NCBI GenBank assembly: GCA_045106555.1
Contig: JBGCET010000014.1
Coordinates: forward strand, 193,997-257,996
Direction of reading: 5' to 3'
DNA: 64,000 nt
DNA from: Lysobacterales bacterium
Lineage (GTDB): Bacteria > Pseudomonadota > Gammaproteobacteria > Xanthomonadales > SZUA-38
Below the pieces are notes generated by a model, which was not told the DNA's origin, did no database searches, and saw only the letters and a list, made by a program, of their open reading frames with translations. Made by a program: the position numbers and the translations under genes. Shown here one piece after another: positions 19,942-29,225 of this stretch (positions are counted from its first letter, which is position 1; every line of letters starts with the position of its first letter).

Positions 19942-19972
19942 AAAAAACACCCCGCATGCGGGGTGTTTTTTT
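19942..19972. terminator. bidirectional intrinsic terminator
   Basis: A6-CACCCCGCATGCGGGGTG-T7 forms a perfect 8-bp GC-rich stem flanked by A and T runs. It sits between convergent genes. Confidence 0.85.
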
Positions 19973-20023
19973 ATCCGACTTGCGTAACAAGCCATGCATG
20001 AATTGCTTCAGCCGGCGGCTGAA

Positions 20024-20815
20024 TCAATCCCGACGAATACTGATTGACCCGTTCACCGTATCCAGCGTCAGGCGTCCGCCGCCGGAACCCAGTCGCCCTC
20101 GGAGGTCTTTGCCGACCATCCCTTTGTCCACCGGCAGGCCAAAATCGTTGCGCAGGGAGCCGTGTACCGTTTCCGCGCGAATTTCAACGTCGGCGTCGTC
20201 CGGCAGGTAAACCAAAATCTGGCCATTCACCGACTCCAGTGAAACTCGCTGGTCAGATTGCAGTCGGTCCAGCTGAGCTTCAACCCGACCGTTAACCGTG
20301 GATAGTTTGGCATCAGAACTCACGCCCCTGACCTCGATGCTGCCATTGACCGTTTCGGCATCGACTTCTCCGCTGACGCCGACAATTTCGATAGAGCCAT
20401 TCACTGTCTCTACGCTTCGCAGTCTGGCGCCCATCGGAACCTTCATCTCGTACGATACCGAGCCTCCGTCACTGGAGCCCCACCAGCTGTTGGATTTTGA
20501 ATGCACGGTGTTGATTCGCAGATGGCTGGCGTCAGCCTTCACTTTCACTTTGACGCGTTCCAGAGTTTTCTCGGACTTGCCGGTGATGCGGTAGGTGAGC
20601 TGCACATCCGACTCATCCCAAGCGCGAATTTCGATATCTCCATTGACGTTATCCACGCTGATGGCGCCGTTGGAATCCAGCGGATAATTCTCGGTCACTT
20701 CCTGCAGCGTCTTGGCCATTAATGGGCCGGCCAACGTCAGGGAAAGCACAGCGACCATCAGGTGCAGTAACTGATGGTAACGAACGGTGGATGAGTTGTT
20801 GGTGGTCAAGATCAT
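20024..20815 (-). CDS. DUF4097-type (putative adhesin beta-helix) exported protein
   Basis: Signal-like N-terminus and repeated VNGSI/VNGDI/VNGRV beta-strand units characteristic of DUF4097. Confidence 0.7.
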   Translation of the reverse strand: MILTTNNSSTVRYHQLLHLMVAVLSLTLAGPLMAKTLQEVTENYPLDSNGAISVDNVNGDIEIRAWDESDVQLTYRITGKSEKTLERVKVKVKADASHLRINTVHSKSNSWWGSSDGGSVSYEMKVPMGARLRSVETVNGSIEIVGVSGEVDAETVNGSIEVRGVSSDAKLSTVNGRVEAQLDRLQSDQRVSLESVNGQILVYLPDDADVEIRAETVHGSLRNDFGLPVDKGMVGKDLRGRLGSGGGRLTLDTVNGSISIRRD

Positions 20816-21017
20816 GATTACCTGTTGTTGTAGTTGGCAGTCTGTAACGTTAGATGGGGTCAGTCCCCATTAGGTTTAAAGTAAAGCCTACAAAACCCCA
20901 TCCCACGCCCCTTACTGTGAATGCGCACAGGGTTGGATTCAATCCCTGGTTTTCCGGTGTCTGCAACGATTTCCTGGCCAGAATGCAGCATGGGTCCCAA
21001 TAGATTACTATAGGGCT

Positions 21018-21761
21018 ATGAAAACCATCGCTTTTTTCAATTTGAAAGGGGGTGTTGGCAAAACTGCCGGCGCGGTCAATACGGCCTACTATGCCACCAT
21101 GGACGGTTACAGCACCGTACTGTGGGACCTTGACGCGCAGGGGGCAGCAAGCTGGTACTTGTTGGGGGAGCGCCAACGCCAGCCCGGGCTGGAAAAAATT
21201 TGGTCCGAAAAAGCGCCCATCAGCAAGGTGCTGAAAGAGTCGCCCTATGAAAACTTGGACGTTATCGGTTCGGCGTTTTCCAATCGAAACGCCGACGTGT
21301 TGTTATCAGAGCTTGGCCTCAAACGCATGCTGCTAAAGCGCCTAGCCGCGCCGCTGGCAGAAAATTACGACCTGCTGGTGCTGGATTGTCCCCCCAGCCT
21401 GTCGCGACTGACCGAACAGATATTCCACGCCTGTGATGCGGTGGTCATGCCGGTTATTCCCACGCCGCTGTCACTGCGAGCCTATACTCAAGTGCGGGAC
21501 TTCATGGACAAAGCCGGCCGTCCGGATACGCCATTGCTGCCCTATTACTCCATGGTTGACCGACGTAAACGCCTGCATCGCGAGTGGTTGGAGTCGCCAC
21601 CCAAAGAGCTGAAAAAGCGCCTTAAAACGTATATTCCCTACGCCTCCAACATAGAGCAGATGGGGCTGCGGCAAGCGCCGGTAGGCGAATTTGCCTTCAG
21701 CGACGTAGGTGGACAGGCTTTGTACGCGCTGTGGCAAGAAATTGAGAAAAAGCTGAAGTAG
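21018..21761 (+). CDS. ParA/MinD-family P-loop ATPase (orphan)
   Basis: Deviant Walker A motif NLKGGVGKT at the N-terminus, and DCPP. There is no adjacent parB. Confidence 0.85.
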   Translation: MKTIAFFNLKGGVGKTAGAVNTAYYATMDGYSTVLWDLDAQGAASWYLLGERQRQPGLEKIWSEKAPISKVLKESPYENLDVIGSAFSNRNADVLLSELGLKRMLLKRLAAPLAENYDLLVLDCPPSLSRLTEQIFHACDAVVMPVIPTPLSLRAYTQVRDFMDKAGRPDTPLLPYYSMVDRRKRLHREWLESPPKELKKRLKTYIPYASNIEQMGLRQAPVGEFAFSDVGGQALYALWQEIEKKLK

Positions 21762-21808
21762 GGTTTCAGCGCCCGGGCGGGCTGGTCGGCCATTTACGGG
21801 TCACTCGC

Positions 21809-23281
21809 TCAAGGCAACGGACGGGTGGACAATTCCGCCGTTTGAAGGCCCCCGATACTGGCCGTTCCAAACCCCTCAAAGGGTTCAGTGTTGTAAATTC
21901 TGTTGTGTTGCCAGTGGTCCACAGACACGGGCTTGCCGTCGACGATGGCCGGTCGAAAGCGGGCCTTGCGCATCAGCTGTTGAGCCAGTCTGATGGTAGT
22001 TCCATGCATATTGGTGTCGGTAAGATAAACCCGGGCGGGCCGGCCGTCGGCCCTGATAGACATGCGGAAATTTGCGAAGGCGTGGTCATTGGCCCACTGG
22101 TATCCCATCTCAACAAGCGGCACTTCCGGCCCATCAAAAATCATTTGCGGCGTTGCCATCTGACGCTGCAGGTAAGCACCGTTCGGGCTGTTGCCTGCGG
22201 CCTTCCAGGCAAGAGCGTAGAACCGAGCGGCTTCTTTCCGTCGTCCAAATAACGTTAGCCAGTCCGCGGTAAACGCGTGGATCTGGGATTGACGAAGGGG
22301 TTCGAACGCTGCGGGTTGTTCCATCACCATCTGGCTTGCCCTGCGTGCCAGGCGCAAGCCTCGATCGGTTTCCAGGTTGCCTTGGCGCAGATAAATTTGA
22401 GACAACGCGGTGAGTGTAGCCAACTCAACGGCCGGCTGGCGGTGAGCCGCGGCAACAGCCTGCTGGGCGTCAAGCAGCTGATTGAATTCTGAAATGGCTT
22501 GTTTGAACTGCCCGTTGTCGACTAGCCATTCGGATAGCAAATGCACCGACGCTAGCTGCTGGGTGCTGTGAGGCGAATGGTCTTGACGCACAATTTTTAG
22601 ATGGGTGCGGTAAAGCTGACCTGTATCGAAGGTCTCGTCCTCGGCGTCGGTCGCATCCGCTCTGGCCAATAGGAGTGGCAACTGGCGAGGGTCGCGAGCG
22701 CCATAGTGTCGCTGGATCAAAAGTTGTGCCCGAGACAGGGACCTGTTGGCGTCCCTGTGCCGTCCGAGCGACTGTTCGGTTAGTCCGAGCGCAATCAATG
22801 GTCCCAGCCATTGCTTGCCAAACCAGTCTTCTTGACGCCTTAAGCCTTCCACGCCTTGTTTGAGTAATGGCAGGGCCTGTTCTGGCTGGCCATCGACATA
22901 AAGCGCGACGCCAAGGGTCAGGCGCAAATGAAACAGCTGAACGTTTAATGGCTCAGGTCCATCAGGCCCGCTTTGTTCGAGTGTCGCCAGCTGTTGTTTT
23001 GCGTGCTGCACAGCGCTGGTAGAAAATCCTTCTTGCAGCAGGCTGCGCACCGCGTTGTCAGCGTCCATATGGCTGTAAAGCAACGCTGACGGGATCTCCC
23101 TCAAGGCGTCGACGCCGGGCGGCGTGGGTTCCAGTAGCGTGCCAAAACTCAGTGCGCGGGGGCTATGGGTCGTCTGGTTGAGGTCGATATGCGGAAAAAC
23201 GAACATACCGCTTTCTGATCTCACAGCGCCACAGATCAACGATAACAACACAATTATTACCAGGCTGGTTGGTCGGTTCAT
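21809..23281 (-). CDS. exported protein with helical-repeat (TPR-like) region and TonB C-terminal-like domain
   Basis: Signal peptide and AGGAGG RBS. The C-terminal region FRMSIRADGRPARVYL...ARFRPAIVDGKPV resembles the TonB_C fold. Confidence 0.6.
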   Translation of the reverse strand: MNRPTSLVIIVLLSLICGAVRSESGMFVFPHIDLNQTTHSPRALSFGTLLEPTPPGVDALREIPSALLYSHMDADNAVRSLLQEGFSTSAVQHAKQQLATLEQSGPDGPEPLNVQLFHLRLTLGVALYVDGQPEQALPLLKQGVEGLRRQEDWFGKQWLGPLIALGLTEQSLGRHRDANRSLSRAQLLIQRHYGARDPRQLPLLLARADATDAEDETFDTGQLYRTHLKIVRQDHSPHSTQQLASVHLLSEWLVDNGQFKQAISEFNQLLDAQQAVAAAHRQPAVELATLTALSQIYLRQGNLETDRGLRLARRASQMVMEQPAAFEPLRQSQIHAFTADWLTLFGRRKEAARFYALAWKAAGNSPNGAYLQRQMATPQMIFDGPEVPLVEMGYQWANDHAFANFRMSIRADGRPARVYLTDTNMHGTTIRLAQQLMRKARFRPAIVDGKPVSVDHWQHNRIYNTEPFEGFGTASIGGLQTAELSTRPLP

Positions 23282-23316
23282 AGTCCCCTCCTGTTAGGAT
23301 AGACCGTTGATCGAGC

Positions 23317-24039
23317 GTGAGCGTTGCAGCTGTGCGATCCATTGACCGAGCAAAACCCCGTCGGTTTGACGGCAGGAGCCTGCGTTATCTTGGCCTGTTG
23401 GTCGGGCTTTGCGGTTTGGTATATCTGAGCTTGAATGGCGACTCGCGCCCCCGCCAGGCAACTCCCTCAACGGCCAAAACAACATCCGCTGCCACGGCCA
23501 CTGAGCCGGTGGCTCAAATGGGTGCGGACGTTCTAGAATCTTGGCTTGAAGCGCTGTGGAGCGCTGATGAACTTGCTGTTCAACGGCTGCTTGGCCAGGG
23601 GATTTCTGCCAACGGCCCCTTGGACCAACGCAATACCCGGCCTTTGCATCTGCTATTTTTCGGATCGGCCTGTGAATTCGGGCGATCCTCTGCTGGCGTC
23701 TTGCCGGTGTTGGAGCGGTTAATTCGTGCAGGTGCATCGGTCAATGCGGCGGACCTTAAGGGCAACACTCCGCTGATGATGGCGGCTGCCGAGTGTGGCC
23801 CGGAAGTGGTGTCACGCCTGTTGGCAGCGGGCGCCGATGCGGGGGCAGTCAACGTCCTGGGCTTAAGCGCTTTTGAGCTGACGTTAACCAACGCCAGCGA
23901 AACGGGCCGAGTACTTGCGGCCCATGGGTTTCGCCTGTCGCGGGACCAATTTACCCACTACCAATCAATTTACAGCGACGAGCCAAACGTGCTGAAACAG
24001 CTTTCGCTGGCAGATCCGAGTCAATCCTCACCTCGCTGA
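23317..24039 (+). CDS. membrane-anchored ankyrin-repeat protein
   Basis: One N-terminal TM helix (YLGLLVGLCGLVYLSL) followed by ANK-like repeats (GNTPLMMAAAECGPEVVSRLLAAGADAGAVN). Confidence 0.7.
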   Translation: MSVAAVRSIDRAKPRRFDGRSLRYLGLLVGLCGLVYLSLNGDSRPRQATPSTAKTTSAATATEPVAQMGADVLESWLEALWSADELAVQRLLGQGISANGPLDQRNTRPLHLLFFGSACEFGRSSAGVLPVLERLIRAGASVNAADLKGNTPLMMAAAECGPEVVSRLLAAGADAGAVNVLGLSAFELTLTNASETGRVLAAHGFRLSRDQFTHYQSIYSDEPNVLKQLSLADPSQSSPR

Positions 24040-24134
24040 AAACGCCGATAATCTACCCACCATTCGGCTTCGGGACTTGCTCTTGTGCCAACAACTGGCT
24101 TTAATGGGGCGGATAACTGGTAGGGGCCTAAATT

Positions 24135-24827
24135 GTGGTCAAAAAATCCTGTCTACACATAGTGTTACTAACAGTAGTTCTTTTCAATTCTAGTCTTGTG
24201 CTAGGGGCAGAATTGACGGGTCAAGTACGTTTGGTTGAAGGCACGAAAGCACTCTCCAGCGTACGTGATGTGGTGGTCTACTTTCGCAGCGATGCCGCGC
24301 GATCCGATGCCGCCGAGCAACTGGCGGCGCTGGACAGCGCGCAATACATCATGGGCACTCGAAAGAAAGCCTTTGATCCTAAGGTTCTGGCCGTTCCGGC
24401 AGGTGCAACCGTGCGATTTCCAAACCGCGACCCAATCTTGCACAACGTTTTCTCGGTCTCTGGCGACAATGCTTTTGATGCCGGTTTGATCCCCAAGGGT
24501 GATGGAAAGACCCATCGGTTTTCTGAACCGGGCCGGGTGCGGGTTTTTTGTAACGTGCACCAAGAAATGACCGCCAACATTTTGGTGCTGGATACGCCAC
24601 ATTTTGTGTACCCGGATCGACGAGGTCGATTTACGTTGAAAGACCTGCCTGATGGGCCAGGCACGTTGTTGGTGTGGCATGAGCGGGCGAGTGCGTCTCG
24701 CAAAGTCCGGGTTGGGAGTACAGAAGAACTGATTGTCGATCTGCCGCTAATTAAACGCCAGGTCCCCAACCATAAGAATAAATTTGGTCGTTCCTACAAA
24801 ACGAGGCAGCGTCGTGGCCGATACTGA
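24135..24827 (+). CDS. exported cupredoxin (blue-copper-like, MauL/'methylamine utilization protein'-type) with C-terminal beta-sandwich
   Basis: Signal peptide, then FPNRDPILHNVFS ... FCNVHQEM. This gives a His-Cys-His-Met pattern with C-x2-H-x2-M spacing, as in amicyanin. Confidence 0.7.
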   Translation: MVKKSCLHIVLLTVVLFNSSLVLGAELTGQVRLVEGTKALSSVRDVVVYFRSDAARSDAAEQLAALDSAQYIMGTRKKAFDPKVLAVPAGATVRFPNRDPILHNVFSVSGDNAFDAGLIPKGDGKTHRFSEPGRVRVFCNVHQEMTANILVLDTPHFVYPDRRGRFTLKDLPDGPGTLLVWHERASASRKVRVGSTEELIVDLPLIKRQVPNHKNKFGRSYKTRQRRGRY

Positions 24828-27435
24828 TACGAAATCTCGATTAACCCTGGGTAGCCAGTTCTTTTGGCTTACTGCCGTTCTGATCGTGCTTGTTGTGCTG
24901 TTTGCTGTAGGCACAGGGGTCGTTCAGGGACAACGCCTTGCCGCAGCGTCTGTGGACGCTGCGCTAACCCGGTCTACGGTGACTCAGTTTGATATTGAGC
25001 GCTTAAGAGCAAGGGAAGTGGAGCTGGTTTCTGAAATTCTGGCTGGCGACACAGCGGTCACCAGCTATGTCGCGGAGGCTGCTGCTCAAGATGTTCTCGG
25101 GTCAATTGCCGATCTTTTGGCCGAGCGGCAGTCTGAATACCAGTTCGATTTAGCCATCGTGATGGACGCTGAGGGGCAGGTGCTGGCCCGAACAGATCGG
25201 CCGCTAAAAGCCGACGAAGATCTTTCCGACGATACATTAGTCCGCGAGTTGATCAACTTCCTGGCTCCGGTGTCAGCCATTTGGGGAGAGGGCGACGACC
25301 TGTACCAAGTTGCTATGACGCCTATGGATCAAAACTTCACCTTAATTGGGTTTCTGGTTGTCGGAAAACGCATTGACGCCAACCTTAGCGACGAAATCAA
25401 AAATGCGACGGGCACTGAACAGATCTGGGTCAACAAGTCCGGCGGTATTGTCACCACCACCTTGAGCGACGATGAAACCGTGCAGATCATTGACCAGCTC
25501 GGCGGCATGGGCGGATCACTGGAAACATTACTGGGCGGGGAAGCTGAGGCGTTTCGGCGGGAAGTATCGGTCGGTGGAGCGCAGTGGATGCTGAATGCCG
25601 AACCGGTGGCTCTGGATGAGGACACCCTGGTGGCCGCGGTTATCACCGGGGTATCGGTAGATTCACTGATGGCACCCTATCGCCGTCAGGCCTGGATTCT
25701 GGCTGCTGTGGGCCTGGCGGCTATTATTGCTGGCCTGGCCTTGTCCCTGTGGCTATCGCGCAAGCTGGCGAAACCACTGGGCGCGCTAACCCAAGCCGCT
25801 ACGGCAGCCGGTGGCGGTCATTACGAACAGCATTTTGATCATAGCGGTAGCCGCGAGATTGTTGATCTGGGTAATGCCTTCGAGACCCTGCTCAGCGACC
25901 TTCGAGAAAAACGGGATATGGAAGAGTACGTCTCTGACCTGTCCCGTTATTTGCCCGATCCGGCATTCGAGCAAAGCACCGTGACCCGCACTCACCAACC
26001 GGCGACAAAACCTGGCCGCGAGCAGTTGGCACTGCTGGCGCTGGATTACCGGCACATGGTGAATCTGGAGCAGGTTGGAAGCGCGGAAGAAAATGTGCGG
26101 CAATTCCAATCGACCTTGTCCCAGATCGCTGCGTTGGCAGAAGCTCTTGAAGCCCGCCTGGAATCGTTCACTGGCCATCGCGCAGTCATCGGGTTTCGCG
26201 GCGACGAAGCGATCGCTCATGCACTGGAGTTTGCTGGCCACGTGGCAGAGTACGCCAGCGATCAACCCAGCAAGGCATTGGTTATGGGGCAGGTGGATCG
26301 CGGTATGGTTCGGGCAGGAATGTCCAGTGCTGAAGTCTTAATTGGTAAAGCCAGCCATCAGGTGGATTTGTTGCTGGAAGAAGCTCAGCCCGGAGTGTTG
26401 TTGTTTTCACCGAGCATACGCGATCAGGTGAGTGAGTTGTTGAGTGAGGTTGATGGGCAACCTATGGTGCACAAAGGTCGCATCAGCGGTCGAAAATACC
26501 TGGCGCTGAACAACGACAACCTGTCTCATTTCGCTGATGCCGTATCGAGTAGAACGCTGAAGGCCGACCGCACGGCCGCGGCAGACAGCGTGATTGAGAG
26601 CGTGGCAAAAACCCGCGAAATCGTTCCGGGTGATGTGTTCGCTGGACGTTTTGAGATCGTCTCTATTCTCGGCCAGGGCGGCATGGGAATGGTTTACAAG
26701 GCGCTGGATCGGGAGCTGGACGACTTTGTTGCGCTGAAGACTCTGTTGCCTTCAATGGCTAATAACGAAGGCTACCTTCAGCAGTTGAAAGAAGAAATTA
26801 AGCTCGCTCGAATCATTACCCATCCGAATGTCTTGCGTACTTTCGATTTCGGTAGCAGCGAGGGGACCGCGTACATTTCCATGGAATATGTTCGCGGTAT
26901 GACCCTCAAGTACCTGATGCGGCAACGCTCGCGGCTGCCGTTTTCCGCCGGCCTTCGGATTATTCGGCAGACCTGCGCCGGTCTGGCCGCGGCCCATGAA
27001 AAAGACGTGGTTCACCGGGATATCAAGCCGGAGAACATCATCTTGGAGGCCGCGGGCAACGCCAAACTTATGGACTTTGGTATTGCTCAACCAGTGCAAA
27101 ACGTGGAAGCGTCCAGTGGCGTCTTTTTCGGCACACCTCGGTACGCAGCACCCGAACAAATGGAAGGGGGCAAAGTGGATGCCCATGCCGACGTCTATGC
27201 CTGCGGAATAATCATCTACGAATTGTTCGGCGGTAACACGCCGTTCCAGCAATCCGACATGATGGAAATTTACGAGGCAAAGACTTCGGCCGCGTATACG
27301 CCACTAAAAGAAGTCTGGGAAGAGTGTCCGCCCGCTTTGGAGACCGTAGTGAATTGCTGTCTGTCCCCTGACGTTAATACCCGCTATGCCAACGCCACGG
27401 CGTTGTCTGCTGCCCTGGGGTCATTACGAGGATGA
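24784..27435 (+). CDS. membrane sensor Ser/Thr protein kinase: periplasmic sensor, HAMP, degenerate class III cyclase-homology domain and Hanks kinase
   Basis: Two TM helices flank a ~260-aa extracytoplasmic region. A HAMP-like segment follows TM2. The kinase motifs GQGGMGMVYKA, HRDIKPENIIL, DFGIA and GTPRYAAPE are present. The start may be the GTG at 24814. Confidence 0.85.
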   Translation: MVVPTKRGSVVADTDTKSRLTLGSQFFWLTAVLIVLVVLFAVGTGVVQGQRLAAASVDAALTRSTVTQFDIERLRAREVELVSEILAGDTAVTSYVAEAAAQDVLGSIADLLAERQSEYQFDLAIVMDAEGQVLARTDRPLKADEDLSDDTLVRELINFLAPVSAIWGEGDDLYQVAMTPMDQNFTLIGFLVVGKRIDANLSDEIKNATGTEQIWVNKSGGIVTTTLSDDETVQIIDQLGGMGGSLETLLGGEAEAFRREVSVGGAQWMLNAEPVALDEDTLVAAVITGVSVDSLMAPYRRQAWILAAVGLAAIIAGLALSLWLSRKLAKPLGALTQAATAAGGGHYEQHFDHSGSREIVDLGNAFETLLSDLREKRDMEEYVSDLSRYLPDPAFEQSTVTRTHQPATKPGREQLALLALDYRHMVNLEQVGSAEENVRQFQSTLSQIAALAEALEARLESFTGHRAVIGFRGDEAIAHALEFAGHVAEYASDQPSKALVMGQVDRGMVRAGMSSAEVLIGKASHQVDLLLEEAQPGVLLFSPSIRDQVSELLSEVDGQPMVHKGRISGRKYLALNNDNLSHFADAVSSRTLKADRTAAADSVIESVAKTREIVPGDVFAGRFEIVSILGQGGMGMVYKALDRELDDFVALKTLLPSMANNEGYLQQLKEEIKLARIITHPNVLRTFDFGSSEGTAYISMEYVRGMTLKYLMRQRSRLPFSAGLRIIRQTCAGLAAAHEKDVVHRDIKPENIILEAAGNAKLMDFGIAQPVQNVEASSGVFFGTPRYAAPEQMEGGKVDAHADVYACGIIIYELFGGNTPFQQSDMMEIYEAKTSAAYTPLKEVWEECPPALETVVNCCLSPDVNTRYANATALSAALGSLRG

Positions 27436-28538
27436 GCAAGATATTGTGGTCGCTGCTGCTCACAAGGTGCCAAACGATGGCTGCGGTGGCGGCCACGGTC
27501 TGCGGTCTGGCCGTCAGCCCCTTTTGTCTCGCCCAGGACAGCGAATCAAGCTGGGAAGCCTATGGCCAAGCACGTTTGCGGGTAGATCAGGTTGAAAATT
27601 TGCCCAACGGCGGCGACGTTGATCGCGGACGTTTCCATGGGTTGTTTGGGCTGCGCAACACAGGGTTTGATCGGTTTGAGTTTGGTGCAGCGGTTAAGGT
27701 GGCTGTCGGCACAGACAGCAACGCCGACAACGTTCGTTTTCTGGACAACGAAGAGTCGGACGAGGTCTTGCTGGGCGAAGCGTATTTGCGCTATTTCGCC
27801 GGTCCCGATACCTTGATTGAAGTGGGGATGACGCCACTGCCATTGCTGTTAACCCCAGCCGTATGGGATCACGATCTACGTACGATGGGCGCTTCCATAC
27901 AACAGGATTTTTCGATTCGGGATTTTGACCGTCTGTCTTTTCTGGCAGGGCGTTTCCAAGGAATGCACATCGATGAATCGGAAACCGAATTAAACGCCTT
28001 TCAGGCCAGTTGGGAAATTCTGGAAGGGGCGCCGAAAGGCGGTGCGGTGCGGCTTGGGTATCTGGACTTTGATGCGCTGGATGGACTGGTGGGTGATGGC
28101 CGAACCCGCACCAACCGGCTTCGGGTCGGCAGTCCGACGGGCGCGTTGGCGAACGACTTTGAACTGCTGGATTTACAGCTGGAAATGGTCTGGCCGACGC
28201 GGTTCGGCGGGTTGCTGGCGCAGGTAGATCTGGTGCAAAACCTGGCAGCCGATGAAGACGACCAGGGCGCCCGGGTGTCGCTTATTTTGGGTAATGCCGA
28301 ACGCAACGGTGGCTGGGAGTTTGGCTACTCACAACAGCGAATTCAGCGCGAGGCGGTGATGGCCGCATTCAATGAGGACGACTGGTGGTTTCCCACCGCC
28401 ATGCGTGGATACATGCCCTGGGTAAGCTGGGGCAGCGGCAACGTGCATGTGCGGCTGGCGGCGTTCATTGAGCGCCGTGATGACCGGGAAGAGCACCTGA
28501 AGCGTCTGTTGCTCGATTTCAACTGGCGTCTGGATTAG
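27432..28538 (+). CDS. putative outer-membrane beta-barrel protein (porin/alginate-export-like)
   Basis: Signal peptide ending CLAQD and an alternating beta-strand pattern. The start overlaps the kinase stop (ATGA). The family call is tentative. Confidence 0.5.
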   Translation: MSKILWSLLLTRCQTMAAVAATVCGLAVSPFCLAQDSESSWEAYGQARLRVDQVENLPNGGDVDRGRFHGLFGLRNTGFDRFEFGAAVKVAVGTDSNADNVRFLDNEESDEVLLGEAYLRYFAGPDTLIEVGMTPLPLLLTPAVWDHDLRTMGASIQQDFSIRDFDRLSFLAGRFQGMHIDESETELNAFQASWEILEGAPKGGAVRLGYLDFDALDGLVGDGRTRTNRLRVGSPTGALANDFELLDLQLEMVWPTRFGGLLAQVDLVQNLAADEDDQGARVSLILGNAERNGGWEFGYSQQRIQREAVMAAFNEDDWWFPTAMRGYMPWVSWGSGNVHVRLAAFIERRDDREEHLKRLLLDFNWRLD

Positions 28539-28569
28539 TGTTGGAGCCACCGTCCACCGGAACCTTCGA

Positions 28570-29199
28570 TCAGGCGCTGTAGGCTTTCAGAAACAGCGCG
28601 ACGCAAGCGTCCAGATACTGCTGATTGTCATTGTCTGAGGGGCCGCCAGAAACGTTCAGGGTTGCCCGCATCAGATGTTCTCCCTGAATCATGTACAGCA
28701 GCTGCCGTGCGGCGGTTGAGATGTCGTCGATCAACAACACCTCTCGTTCAACCTGAGTTTGCAGGTAATGCTCCAAGGACTGCATCATCATGGCCGGCCC
28801 GGCCTCAAAAAATATTTCCGATAGCCTGGGGTTGGATTCGGCATGGCCGTGAAGCAGGCGTTTGAGCTTGATGGCCTCGTCGGAATGGAACAGGTCGTTA
28901 AATCGGCCCACCAGGTTTTTTAGCACCAAGGCCACCGGGAGGGCAGGGTCCAAAGCGCCGTCATACAGTTCGTGGTCTGCGCACTTGTTGCGAATACAGG
29001 CGGAAAATAACGCCTCTTTGCTGGCGTAGTGAGAATAAACGGTTTGCTTGGACACGCCCGCTCGCTCGGCAACCTGGTCCATGCTCACGCCGTCATAGCC
29101 GTGTTCCAAGAAAAGGTCTGACGCGGTGCGATAAATCTGGGTTTTCTTACTGGCACTTTTCGGCCGCCCTCGGGAAGGGGCTGCTGAGGTATTGGTCAC
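28570..29199 (-). CDS. TetR/AcrR-family transcriptional regulator
   Basis: N-terminal HTH SMDQVAERAGVSKQTVYSHYASKEALF. It is divergent from an RND operon. Confidence 0.9.
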   Translation of the reverse strand: MTNTSAAPSRGRPKSASKKTQIYRTASDLFLEHGYDGVSMDQVAERAGVSKQTVYSHYASKEALFSACIRNKCADHELYDGALDPALPVALVLKNLVGRFNDLFHSDEAIKLKRLLHGHAESNPRLSEIFFEAGPAMMMQSLEHYLQTQVEREVLLIDDISTAARQLLYMIQGEHLMRATLNVSGGPSDNDNQQYLDACVALFLKAYSA

Positions 29200-29225
29200 T
29201 GCCTGCGCTCCATGACTATTATCAT

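Noticed and set aside
20928-20948. tRNA T-arm-like sequence CAGGG-ttggattcaat-CCCTG upstream of the ParA-like gene, considered as a tRNA fragment or att site.
   Set aside because: The loop is 11 nt rather than 7. There is no acceptor stem, anticodon arm or CCA context. The overlapping ORF 20850..21176 also looks spurious.
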